Below are positions 18,723-28,707 of a stretch of 64,000 bases of DNA, one piece after another (the first letter of the stretch is position 1; each line of letters begins with the position of its first letter). A program made the position numbers and the translations under genes. The notes under the pieces are model-generated. The model ran no database searches. It was not told the DNA's origin and worked only from the letters and a program-made list of their open reading frames with translations. The DNA comes from Vulcanimicrobiota bacterium. GTDB lineage: Bacteria > Vulcanimicrobiota > Vulcanimicrobiia > Eremiobacterales > Eremiobacteraceae. The stretch is taken from assembly GCA_963805945.1 (NCBI GenBank), contig CAWDVP010000004.1, positions 96,001 to 160,000 of the forward strand. The letters are read 5' to 3'.

Positions 18723-19303
18723 TCGCGTCCACGCGGTCACCGCGATCTTGTGCTTCATGCCTGGATACGGCGCGACGATGACCGCTTGGCCGGATTCTTC
18801 AGCGCTCTGGACGTCTGCCGGCAGCGGCTGGAGCTGGCTCACCGGGACCAGTTTCGAGTCGTAGGTATAGGCGATCTGGTAGAGCGCACCCGCGATGTCC
18901 GGACAGTTGCAGTTGTACTGCAGCAGCACGTTGCCGTGCTCGAGCAGATGGACTTGCACCCACTTGGGCAGCGGCGTCGGGCTGTTGAACGAATCGTTGA
19001 ACGCCTCTTTGTGCGGCCCGGACGTCGGCGGGTCGGAGTTGTAGGCGAAGTCGGTGGACTCGCCAGCATCGAAATGCTTGTGCCCCTGCGACGGGTAGTG
19101 CGTGCCCAGGAATTTGAGCATGATGACCGTCCCCGCCGAGGCGCTCGCCGCGGCAGCGGTTGCGCCCGACGGCGCCGGGGATGCGCTCGCATCGCTGGCG
19201 GATTTGGTGCAGCCGCCGACGGCAAGCGCGAGGGCGATTGCGCCGGCCGCTGCGATGGCCTGTAGTGCCCGAGCGAAGCTCGGGTTTTTTCTTTCGTCGT
19301 CAT
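18636..19303 (-). CDS. DUF3105-like lipoprotein (probable 1-nt indel near the start)
   Basis: YNSDPPTSGPH, VHLLEHG and AWTR motifs; lipobox AVGGC. The coupled ATG at 19303 is one base out of frame; an alternative in-frame TTG lies at 19328. Confidence 0.75.
19262..19284 (+). repeat. REP-like palindrome, type B
   Basis: GTAGTG-CCCGAGC-gaa-GCTCGGG, identical to 63191-63213 and to the reverse complement of 48240-48262. Confidence 0.85.
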
Positions 19304-19983
19304 TGCGTCGAATTCGCCTGGTTCGCAAGATACGCGTTGATGAAGCGGATGATCGTCGCCTGATCGAACGCGTCGAGCCACTCGAGCCGCGTCCAGGCGG
19401 TGAGCGCGATCTTGTGCTTCATGCCCGGATACGGCGCGACGATGACGCCGGTGCCGCGCTCTTCGACGCCCTGCGCCAAGTCAGCCGTGAAACCGGTCGC
19501 GCCCGGCGGCAGCTGCCGGTTGTTGTACTCGGCGGCGAGCTGCGCCAATGCGCCTGCGATATCGGGGCACTGGCAGCTGTACTGCATCAACACGTTGCCG
19601 TGCTCGAGCAAGTGGACCTGCATGTACTTGGGAAGCGGCTGCATGCTGATGAGCTCCTGGGAGAACTGCTCGAGGTGCATGCCCGAGGTCGGCGGATCGG
19701 AGCTGTAATGGAAGGTCGAGACGCCGGCGTCATCGGGTCCCTTCTTATCGTGACCTTGATGGCCTTGCGATTTGAAGAACAGGCCCGGCGTCTCGCGGGG
19801 TCCCGGCGACGCGGTCGACGTGGCCGCGGGCGAAGGGCTTGCGCTGACCGCCGACGGCGGGTTGCGGTGCGAGATGCTCATGACGATGAGCGCGACGATG
19901 GCGATGACGACGAAGGCGGCGAACGCGAGCGTCGCCATGCGGGCGGTCTGGTCGGCCGCCGGCGTGGTGGATTTCTTCGACAT
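19300..19983 (-). CDS. DUF3105-like membrane-anchored protein
   Basis: N-terminal TM; YSSDPPTSGMH, VHLLEHG and AWTR motifs; tandem paralog. Confidence 0.8.
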   Translation of the reverse strand: MSKKSTTPAADQTARMATLAFAAFVVIAIVALIVMSISHRNPPSAVSASPSPAATSTASPGPRETPGLFFKSQGHQGHDKKGPDDAGVSTFHYSSDPPTSGMHLEQFSQELISMQPLPKYMQVHLLEHGNVLMQYSCQCPDIAGALAQLAAEYNNRQLPPGATGFTADLAQGVEERGTGVIVAPYPGMKHKIALTAWTRLEWLDAFDQATIIRFINAYLANQANSTQ

Positions 19984-20048
19984 GGCGCGGCCTATTCGCG
20001 GGGATTCAGGGCGACGCCTGTAGCGGATGCGCCATCAGCGGCATCGCA

Positions 20049-21542
20049 TCAGGGTACCGCATGCAGCGCATTCACGAATGCGTAGATGACGAGCGGCACG
20101 GCGATGACCACATAGATGCGCAAGAGCCATAACAGCGCCGTCACGCCAGGCCCGAGCTTGCGGCGGGGCAGAGGCGGCCTCATTTCGGGATGATGTTCGG
20201 GAACACGGTGATGACGCCGTATGCCGAACCCATGAGCGCGATGATGATGATGATGGCGCCTCCCAGCGCTTGCTCTTCCACCCGTTCGCCAGCGGTCCGA
20301 TGACCTCACGGTCGTTGGCGAGCAGGAGCAAGAACAGCAGCGCCGGCGCCATCAGCAGGGTGGCGATGACGTTGACGGCAGATCGTGATGGCGAGCAGCG
20401 GCGCGTGCGGGATCAGCACGACGGCGGCGGCGACGACGACCGAGACGATGGCCGACGCGTAGAACGGCCGCGCGCTGGCGAAATCCGGCGTTGAGGCTGT
20501 GCGCGCGCGGATACTCTCGCCGAACGCGTAGGCCGAGCTCGTGGAGATCGTCATCGCGGCCACCAGCCCGGCCTCGATGATGCCGAGCGCGAACAGCGTC
20601 GCCGCCTGTGCCCGCCGAGCAACGGCTGCAGCGCGGTCGCGAAGTCGGCGCCGCTGGCGAAGCTGACGAGACGTTGACATGATGCGATGAAGAGCGGCGC
20701 GGCGGCCACGAGAGTGGCGATCGCGGCGACCGCCGCGACCGCCGCGCCGATCGCGGTGTCGAACCGGCCCTGCGGCAGATCGGCTCGCGCCAGGCCTTTG
20801 TCCACCACCGCGCTCTGCTGGAAGAAGATCATCCACGGCGTGACCGTGGCGCCGATGTCGCCAGGATGAGCGTCACGAAGCGCAGCAGTCGAGCCCGCCT
20901 GGCAGCGGGCTCCAGGTGCCGAACGCGTGCGCCAGCGCCGCCCCGCTCGGATGCGCCAAGAGCGCCGCGGGGACGAACAGCAGGTTGAACGCCGCGAGCG
21001 CCAGCACGGCGCGCTCCCAGGTGAAGTAGCGCCGCATGCGAGCGACGCGAAGATCACAGGCCGCGCCGCCCGCCACCGACAGCCAGCGGCGCGGAGATGC
21101 CGAAGTACAGCCCACCGGCCTGGATCGCGATGAACTCGGTGATCAGGGTCAGCACGTTGCCGAACGGCGAGATCGACCATCGAGAAGTAGCCCCAGAACG
21201 GCCGAAGCGGTCGAAGATGAGCTCGGCATGTCCGCGATGCGTCGCGATGCCGAGACGCACCGTCATCTCCTGCACGACGAACGCCATGAAGAACGTGAGC
21301 AGGATGAACGGGACGAAGAAACCGATGCCGTAGGTCGCGCCGGTCGTCGCGTACGAGAGCATGCTCGGGCCGTCGTTCTCGCCGAGCATGACCAGAATGC
21401 CGGGACCCGCGAGCAGGAAGTACAACCAGATGGGCTGGTGTTCGCGGCGCGCTTCGACCACCCGCGCTCGATCGCGCGCGCGCAGCGTCTCCTCGCGCGA
21501 CGCGCGCTGGTCCGCGGCGGAGACCTCCACGAACTCACCCAT
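20049..21542 (-). pseudogene. Nramp-family divalent metal transporter (multiple frameshifts, likely sequence errors)
   Basis: GPGILVMLGENDG, QEMTVRLG, IGATVTPWMIFFQQS and LLLLANDRE motifs split over several frames. Confidence 0.8.
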
Positions 21543-22230
21543 GCGCGGCAGCCTTCACCCGGATCGCCGTGCAGCGCACTTCGCCGGCGGCCTTGCGCGC
21601 GACGGTCAAAGATCGCCGGCCGATCCGCAACCGGATGCCGGCCGCGCTTGCGGACTCCACCGTGCCGCGTAAACCCGGCAGCACGCCTCGTTCGCGCAGA
21701 TACTTGACCGCCGCTTCATCGCGATCGTCGAGAAACGTGACGACCACCGTGTCGCCGCGACCGGTATCCGAAAGACGCATGCCCTTCGCCTTGACGTTCG
21801 CACCGCGCGGCGACGGGATGGGATGCCCATGCGGATCGGTCGCCGGATTGCCGAGGAAGTCGGCGAGTCGGCGCGCGATGTCGTCCGAGATCGCGTGCTC
21901 GATCTTCTCCGCGTCCGCGTGGACGCGCTCGAGCGGCACCTTCAGCGCGAGATGGAGGAACGTCTCGACGAGGCGATGCCGGCGCACCATGTCGAGCGCG
22001 AGACGCGTGCCGCGCGCGGTCAGCTGCAGCAGGCCGCCCGCGCCGAGGTCGCGCACGAAGCCGCGCCGCTGCAGGTCGCGCACCAGCTTGCTCACCGACG
22101 CGCGTGACACGCCGAGGCGCCGCGCCACATCCGCCGACTTGACGGGCTCGCCTCCGCCGAGCTGGTAGATCGCCTTGCAGTAGTCCTGCCGCGCACGCTC
22201 CGGCGAACGGTCGCCGCCGGCGTTAACCAT
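21535..22230 (-). CDS. DtxR/MntR-family metal-dependent repressor with FeoA/SH3 domain
   Basis: QDYCKAIY, VSRASVS, RRHRLVETFL, AEKIEH and DPHGHPIP motifs. Confidence 0.92.
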   Translation of the reverse strand: MVNAGGDRSPERARQDYCKAIYQLGGGEPVKSADVARRLGVSRASVSKLVRDLQRRGFVRDLGAGGLLQLTARGTRLALDMVRRHRLVETFLHLALKVPLERVHADAEKIEHAISDDIARRLADFLGNPATDPHGHPIPSPRGANVKAKGMRLSDTGRGDTVVVTFLDDRDEAAVKYLRERGVLPGLRGTVESASAAGIRLRIGRRSLTVARKAAGEVRCTAIRVKAAAHG

Positions 22231-22253
22231 AGCTAACGTCAACCATGGTTAAC
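22222..22253. promoter_or_regulatory. Tandem 16-bp imperfect palindromes, candidate DtxR/MntR operator
   Basis: GTTAACCATAGCTAAC followed by GTCAACCATGGTTAAC, overlapping the start codon. Confidence 0.6.
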
Positions 22254-22287
22254 AGTTTAGCGGCTGGCCGGCCCTCTTCCTCTGGCG

Positions 22288-22316
22288 ATGTAGGGGCCGA
22301 TCTTCAGATCGGCCCT
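22288..22316 (+). repeat. REP-like palindrome (GTAG type)
   Basis: atgtagGGGCCGATC-ttca-GATCGGCCC. Confidence 0.8.
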
Positions 22317-22735
22317 CACGAGCAACGCGCGCACAGGCCGAACAGCTCGAGCTTGTGCTGGGTGAGGGTGAAATGCAGCCTTGAGGTGATCGTGCGGGCG
22401 AAGCGCTCGATCGAGGCGCACGGCACGTCGTCGACCTTACCGCACTTGACGCAGACCGCGTGGTGGTGATGGGCGATCGGGCAGAACACGTACGCGTTCT
22501 CGCCGTGCGGCCCGGGCGACCTCGAGGCGGCGCCCACGTGCTCCAGCACTTCGAGCGTCCGATAGACCGTGGCCAGTCCGATGCGCGGCCGGCGCGCGGC
22601 AAGTCGCTCGTGCAGCTGCTGCGGCGTGACGTAACGGCGCACGCGCGCGAACTCGGCGACGATCGCCTTGCGCTGGCTGGTGACGCGGCAGCCGTTCTTC
22701 GCGAGGGCGTCGTAGACGGCGGTGGAGGCGGTCAT
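22316..22735 (-). CDS. Fur-family regulator (Zur-like by context)
   Basis: RVTSQR, IGLATVYRTL, HHHHAVCVKCG and GLCARC motifs. Confidence 0.9.
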   Translation of the reverse strand: MTASTAVYDALAKNGCRVTSQRKAIVAEFARVRRYVTPQQLHERLAARRPRIGLATVYRTLEVLEHVGAASRSPGPHGENAYVFCPIAHHHHAVCVKCGKVDDVPCASIERFARTITSRLHFTLTQHKLELFGLCARCS

Positions 22736-23592
22736 GCCTGCACCTTTTCGCGTTGCCGGCGCGCCTCGATCACCTGGGTGAGCAGCGAGCGGCGCTTGGG
22801 CGAGACAACACGCGAGGAAGAAGCACGGCGTGGCGGTGAGCACGATGGTCGAGCCGGACGCCGCATCGAGATAGTAGGAGGCGTACAGTCCGATGACGGC
22901 CGAGCCCACGCCGACGGCCGCCGAGGTCGCCATCATCGGGCCGAAGCGATTCGGTGAGCTGGTACGCGGTGGCGGCAGGCGTCACGAGCAGCGCCGCGAC
23001 GAGCACGATGCCGGCCGCCTGCAGCGAGACGATGATGGTCACCGCGATGATCACGAGCAGCAGATTGCTCAGCGCGACCGTCGGCAGGCCGCTCGCCTGC
23101 GCCATGAGCGGATCGAACGACGCGAACAGCAGCTCCTTGTAGAACGCGAGATGAGCAGCAGCGCGACGATGGCGAGCCCGCGACGAGAGCGATGTCCGTC
23201 TTGTCGACGAGAGCACGTTGCCGAACAGGAAATCCTGCAGATCGACCATGTAGGTGCGCGTGCGCGACATGAGCAGCACGCCGAGCGCGAACACCGCGGT
23301 GAACAGCACGCCGATCGCGGTGTCCATCGAGACCACGAACGGCGGCTCACCGCGCCGATGCCAAGCGCGGTTAGGATGGCGAAGATGAGGCCGCCCACGT
23401 ACAGGTTATCTTGAACATATAGGCGAGCACGATGCCCAGAAACGATGCGTGCGCGAGGCCGTCGCCGATGAACGCGAGATTGCGCAGCACGACGTAGACG
23501 CCGACGACGCGAACACCAGGCCGATGAGCGTCGACGCGATGAGCGCGCGCTGCATGAACTCGTGCTGCAGCGGGAGCGAGCAGCCAGTCCAC
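22732..23592 (-). pseudogene. Metal ABC transporter permease, ZnuB/MntB-like (frameshifted)
   Basis: FMQRAL, AFIGDGLAHAS, DTAIG, LFGN, SFDP and LLVTPAATA motifs across several frames. Confidence 0.8.
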
Positions 23593-23593
23593 G

Positions 23594-24488
23594 TCAGTGC
23601 TGCATCGAGCGGACGGCCGCTGCGCTTCAGGGATGAGCGAGCACGTGGCTGCCGAAGGTCGCCGAGAGGGTCGCGTCGGTGAGCACCTCGCTCGGCGGAC
23701 CGTAGGCGATGACGCGATGGTTGAGGCAGAGCACCTTGTCGAACCAGGTGGCGACGCACGAAAGGTCGTGCGTCTCGCGATGATGGTCATGCCGGCTTTC
23801 TGCCGCGCTTCGAGCAGCGTGAAGATCGCGTGCTGGCTGGTCGCGTCGACGCCGGCGATCGGCTCGTCGAGCAGCAGCAACGCCGGGTTCTGCACCAGCG
23901 AGCGCGCGACGAAGACGCGCTGCTGCTGGCCGCCCGAAAGTTCGCCGATCTGCGCGCGCGCGAAGTCGCGCATGCCGACTTCGTCGAGCGCGCTCATGGC
24001 GGCGCGCTTGTCCTCGTCCTTGGGCCGATGGAAGAGACCGAGCTTCCCGTATACTCCCATGAGCACGACGTCGAAGACGCTCACCGGAAAAGTCCAGTTC
24101 ACCGCTTCGGTCTGCGGCACATAGCCGACGCCCGGCCCTGGCCGGGAGGCCCGCCGAGCACGTCGATGCTGCCGCAGCCGGCTCGCAGGCCGGCGATGAC
24201 CTTCAGCAAAGTGGACTTGCCGGAGCCGTTAGGCCCGATGATGCCGATGAACTCGCCGCGCCGACGTCGAAGGTGACTTCGTCGAGCACGTCGCGGCCGA
24301 AGTAGCCCGCGCAGATGCCTCCATCCAGACCGCATAGCGCGAGTCGTCGGCGGCGGCTTCCATTCAAGCGGATGGTGGCCTTCGTGCCGGTGCAGAGTGC
24401 GGGGCGACCGGTGCGACCGTGTGGCGTGGTCGCGCGGTGCGGCGGGCGCCGCCGGATCGACGTGGGTGTGGTCGTGCGGTTCGTTCAT
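23594..24488 (-). pseudogene. Metal ABC transporter ATPase, ZnuC-like, with His-rich N-terminus (frameshifted)
   Basis: GPNGSGKSTLL, LSGGQQQRV and LLLDEP motifs. Confidence 0.8.
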
Positions 24489-25369
24489 TGCTGTAGTGCC
24501 TTACGATCGGTCGACGTCGTAGCGCATCAACCGTCGTATGTGGCAAGCTCCGGCGTCGTGCCGAGGGTGTCATCGTAGAGATCGGTGACCGTTTGGATGC
24601 CGGCGCTCGAGGCGAGCTCGTCGGCGAGTTTCCGCGAGAATTGCGGCTCCGCGAAGACGGCGTGCACATGGTGGCGCCGCGCGTCAGGCGATGAGCGCTG
24701 CAGCGCGCCCGCCGACGGCTCTGGCCGGGTGACGGTTCGATCGCGCCGACGTCGTGCATGCCATAGCGCTTGTCGAAGTAGTACCACGCGTCGTGGAAGC
24801 AGATCATGACGCGCGGCGGGCGGGATGGTGGCGATCCGCGCGATCCAGCTATCGAGCGTGCTGAGCGCGCGCGTACGTCTTGCTCGCTTCGCCGCGTTGT
24901 AGGCCGCGTTGGCCGGACGGTCTCGCGCAGTGCGGCGCCGATCTTCTTCGCGTAGTCCTGCGCATAGGTCGCATCCAGCCACAGATGGGGATTGCCGGGC
25001 TCGCTTGCGCGTGCGGCCCGCACCGGCATGCCGTCGGAGAGCACGATCAGCGTGCCTTCGTGTTCGCGACGCTGGCAGCAGTTTGTCCATCCAAGCTCGA
25101 GGCCCGCGCCGTTCTTCACGATGAGCTGGGCCTGTGCGAGCTCGACGAGGTCCTGCGGCGACGGTTCGTACGTCTCCGGCGCGGCGCCGATGGGCACGAG
25201 GCTGACGACATCGATTTGTCGCCGCCGACAGGACTTGACGATCGCGCGAGCGTGGACAAGGTCGCCATGACGTTGATGCGGCCGCCGGACGTCGTGCGAT
25301 GACGCGCTCGTCTGGACTGCGGCGCGCAGGCGCCGGCGAGCAGCGCGAGCACGAGAGCCGCTGCCACAT
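24485..25369 (-). pseudogene. Metal ABC transporter substrate-binding protein, ZnuA/TroA-like (frameshifted)
   Basis: PETYEPSP, NGAGLE, NPHLWLD, FHDAWYYF and VFAEPQ motifs. Confidence 0.8.
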
Positions 25370-25383
25370 GCGGCCACGATTCT

Positions 25384-25404
25384 TATCGAGAATCATTCTC
25401 GATA
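25384..25404. promoter_or_regulatory. Fur/Zur box upstream of the metal ABC operon
   Basis: Perfect 10-1-10 palindrome TATCGAGAAT-C-ATTCTCGATA about 15 nt upstream of the znuA-like start. Confidence 0.75.
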
Positions 25405-25450
25405 GCCTTTCGAGCCGTACCTAGGCCCGACCTTCGAGCCGCCCGGAGGC

Positions 25451-25478
25451 TGGACCGGTCGAGTTTACTCGACCGTCC
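25451..25478 (+). repeat. REP-like palindrome
   Basis: tggacCGGTCGAG-ttta-CTCGACCGtcc. Confidence 0.75.
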
Positions 25479-25480
25479 GG

Positions 25481-26814
25481 CTAGAAATCGTCGTCGGGCG
25501 GCACCGTCGAGAGCGGCGCCCCAGGAAGTACTGGGCTCGTCGATCCGCCGTGATGACCTGGAATGGCGTCGGCGTCTGGCCATAGTTGAAGCAGTCCGCG
25601 AGGTCGTCGGCGCGCGCGTCGGTGTAGCCCAGCGACGGCAGGCCGAACGTCTCCTCGATGTACTTGAGGATGCTGCCGTATTCGTGCTGCACGTGCGACA
25701 CGTAGCCGGGCTTCGCATACGGCGAGACGACGATGAGCGGCACGCGGAAGCCGAGCTCGTACGAGTTGTAGATCTGCGGCTGGACGTGATCGAACCAGCC
25801 GCCCCAATCGTCCCAGGTGATGAAGATCGCGGTGTTCTGCCAGTACGGGCTCTGGCCGACCGCGTTGACGATCGAGGCCACCCACGCCGGGCCCGAGCCG
25901 TCGGTGGACAGCGCGTGATCCGAGGCCGCCGCGCTCGGGATGACCCATGAGACTGGCGCAGCTGTCCCGCCGCGATATCGGTGAGGACTGTCGTCTCGGC
26001 ACGATCACGTTCGCCCAGTCCGCGCCGTAGCGAATGTGCTGGATCGCGTCTGGCGCGGACCACAGGCGCCGTTGTACGAATCGTAGTAGCGCCAGGTGAC
26101 GCCGTCGCGTCGAGCTCGTCGAACAGCACCGGGTGGTCGAAGCATGGCGGCAGCATCGTCGCCTCGCTGCCCGACGGGTCGATCATCGCCACCAGCGACG
26201 AGGTTCGAGCCGTCGCAGTTGAGGGTGTTCGCCTACGATTGTATTTCGGGTTCTCGGAGGCGAGCAGGTTGCTGCCGACCGCGTTGGTGGACGTTCCCGA
26301 GATGATGTACTGGTGCGCGGGAAAACTCGGGCCCTGATTCGTCTCGAACATCCGGTCGGCGAACGTGTAGCGCTCCGCCATAGTGAAGTACGGCTGCACC
26401 TCGGCTTGCGGCACGTAGCCGAACGCCGTGAGCGGGCTGCACGCATGGCTCGGGCAGTTTAAACCACCAGGTCCCAACCGTTCATCGAGCCGCCGGCGTA
26501 CTCGGTCTTGAAGCCGGTATGGCTGTGGTCGATATCGTACGGCGCCGTGATGTCGACGGGCTGCAGCGGCACGACTTGCCCCATCGAGTTGGTCCCGCTG
26601 TTGGCGGTGTCGGCGCCGGCAAGCCGTGGAAGAGGTTGTCGGTTGAGCGGTTCTCCTGGAAGATGATGATGACGTATTTGATCTTGCCTTGCCCGGGCGG
26701 TGGCGTGGGGCTAGGGCCCGGCAGCACGCCGCCACCGCTGCCGCTTCCACCGCACGCGGCCAGCGAGAACACAGCCGTCAACGCGATCGCCAAGCCAAGC
26801 ACTGAGCGCTTCAT
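25481..26814 (-). pseudogene. Phosphoesterase/phospholipase C-family lipoprotein (frameshifted)
   Basis: Lipobox LAAC; QENRSTDNLF, GPSFPAH, TWDDWGGWFDHV and GFRVP motifs. Confidence 0.82.
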
Positions 26815-26857
26815 AGTTCCAGATTAGCACCCTCGCGCGGTTCCGTGCCTGAGAACG

Positions 26858-26879
26858 CGATGAGAACGATTTCTCATCG
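26858..26879. promoter_or_regulatory. Fur/Zur-like palindrome
   Basis: CGATGAGAA-cgat-TTCTCATCG upstream of the phosphoesterase. Confidence 0.5.
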
Positions 26880-26965
26880 GGATTTCACCCTTGTGGGGGT
26901 AAAAGAGCGCGCGCTCGCTTCGTTCTTATGGATAGAGAAACGGGCGGGCACAGAGGAGACGGGAC

Positions 26966-27091
26966 ATGGTGCAAGAGACAGCAGCGACGACCGGCAGCGG
27001 ATCGGCGCTCACCCGCGCCGAGATGCACGCTTACTACATCGCGTTCGTGACCATGACGCGGGTGGGCTTCGACCCGCGCGCAGCTCGCTGA
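26966..27091 (+). CDS. Small hypothetical protein (about 41 aa)
   Basis: GAGGAG SD followed by MVQETAATTGSGSALTRAEMHAYYIAFVTMTRVGFDP; the end is uncertain. Confidence 0.35.
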   Translation: MVQETAATTGSGSALTRAEMHAYYIAFVTMTRVGFDPRAAR

Positions 27092-27104
27092 CCAAGTCGG
27101 CTTC

Positions 27105-27443
27105 TTAGGCCGTCAGCAGCTCGTCGCCTTCGCTGGGCGCAAGCTCGATGAGTTCGACTTCTCCGTCGGGAAAGCGAGCGATGATCTGGGAGCTCTCCGC
27201 CCACCGCCTCGATATAGCGACGCAGCGTGCTCACATAGACATCCGTGCAATGCTCGAGTTACGACACCTCGGGCTCGCGTCATGTCGAGTATGCCCGCAA
27301 GCGTCTCTTGTGTGAGCTGGCGCGCGCGCCGCACTTCGCCGAGCAGGGCTGCGCGCTTCTTCCAATCTTGCTCTGCGAGCTCTACAACGCCCGGTTTCGA
27401 GTGGGTTGCACGAATCTCGCTCCATCTTCTTGGTACTGGGCAT
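27105..27443 (-). pseudogene. XRE/HTH antitoxin, HigA-like (frameshifted)
   Basis: RRARQLTQETLAGIL and STLRRYIEAVGGEL in different frames. Confidence 0.75.
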
Positions 27444-27811
27444 CAGATCAAACCCTCGGCTTTCGAGCTCTTCAAGGTGGTAGGCATGAGAGTTTCGGTC
27501 AGCGATCGGCACCATGCGCTCGTAGAATCGTCCGTCACCGGTCTTGTCGCCGCCGATAAGCAGAATCGCTACGCGTCGCGGGTCGAAGGCGAAGAACGTG
27601 CGCGAAGTAGGACGGCCCCCGAGCCTGAGTCCGCAACTCCTTCATGTTGGCGAATCGCGAATCTCGAACTGCGTCGGCGTATGGGCGAGCTAGACCCGGA
27701 CCGCTTTCTTCGAGGAGTTTGATCGAGACGTAAAGCGCGCGCTGCTCGGCGATGCCCGAAGGATCCGTACCACCCCTTGAACTCGTTCGTGCTCTCGACC
27801 ACCCATATCAC
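27440..27811 (-). pseudogene. RelE/HigB-like toxin (frameshifted)
   Basis: WVVESTNEFKGWY N-terminus and MVPIAD...YHLEEL C-terminus; toxin-first order upstream of the XRE gene. Confidence 0.7.
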
Positions 27812-27815
27812 CGCT

Positions 27816-27844
27816 ATTATACCTTCTATATCATAGTCTGTCAA
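27816..27844 (-). promoter_or_regulatory. Consensus sigma70 promoter of the TA operon
   Basis: TTGACA-17 bp-TATAAT; overlapping inverted repeat ATACCTT...AAGGTAT. Confidence 0.8.
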
Positions 27845-27871
27845 AGGTATGAGGCCATCGCCACAACGCAA

Positions 27872-27901
27872 AGAGGCCGACCTGAAGGTCGGCCTCTACA
27901 T
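27872..27901 (-). repeat. REP-like palindrome (GTAG type)
   Basis: Minus strand reads atgtAGAGGCCGACC-ttca-GGTCGGCCTCT; supplies the TAG of the transglycosylase. Confidence 0.85.
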
Positions 27902-28627
27902 GGAGCCGCGGGCGTTGAATAAGCCCAGAGCGTGCGCCCGGTAGTCCGCTAAGATCGAGCTCACGTAGTTGCGCGTCTCCGCATACGGCGGCACGCCGTG
28001 GTACCTGTCGACCGCGCCTGAACCCGCGTTGTAGGCGGCGAGCGCGAGGTCGAGCCGGCCGCCATACTGATCGATAAGACCGCGCAGCATCTTCGCCCCC
28101 GCGTCCACGTTTTGCACAGGATCGTACGGGTCGTTGACGCCGAGCGATTTCGCGGTGTCCGGCATGAGCTGCATGAGGCCCATCGCGCCGGCCGACGACT
28201 GCGCCTTCGGATTGAACCCAGATTCTTGCTGGATGACCGCGGTGAGCAGCGCCGGATCGAGCTCATGCCGCTGTGCGCTGCGCTGGATGAGGCCGTCATA
28301 CGGATTTGCCGCCTGCGCCTGCGATTGGGCGCGGCGGGTGGGAGTGGACGGCTGCGCGGCCGACGCGGCGGATTCGGCGCTGCGCGCGAGCGACTGCAGC
28401 GCTTTCATGAACGTGCGCTCGATGGACTTGAGCTGGCTGGAGAGCTGTGTGATGAGCTTGGACAGGCTCATCTCGTTCGGATCGGTATGATTATCGCCGC
28501 TGGCGCTGGGCGCCGGCTCGGACGGCGGAAGACCTGTATCGCCGCCTGCGTCGATCGGACGCGTCGCGACGGGCAACGTCCAGCGTAAACTCGAGGGGTC
28601 GGGCGTATCGATCGGTGCGATGCTCAT
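27896..28627 (-). CDS. Lytic transglycosylase (SLT domain)
   Basis: IQQESGFNP, GAMGLMQLMP, AAYNAG and PPYAETRNYV motifs. Confidence 0.92.
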   Translation of the reverse strand: MSIAPIDTPDPSSLRWTLPVATRPIDAGGDTGLPPSEPAPSASGDNHTDPNEMSLSKLITQLSSQLKSIERTFMKALQSLARSAESAASAAQPSTPTRRAQSQAQAANPYDGLIQRSAQRHELDPALLTAVIQQESGFNPKAQSSAGAMGLMQLMPDTAKSLGVNDPYDPVQNVDAGAKMLRGLIDQYGGRLDLALAAYNAGSGAVDRYHGVPPYAETRNYVSSILADYRAHALGLFNARGSM

Positions 28628-28707
28628 CGCCAATCCTTTCCGCAAGAGAACAGCGCTCGTACTATCACGCGATCGCCTGCATCGGTCCAGGGGCGCGGCG
28701 CAATCGC

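Noticed and set aside
19280..19303. Programmed -1 frameshift at GAAAAAAC followed by a hairpin
   Set aside because: The A-run is not in the canonical X XXY YYZ phase, the hairpin is a REP with no spacer, and indel errors are common nearby.
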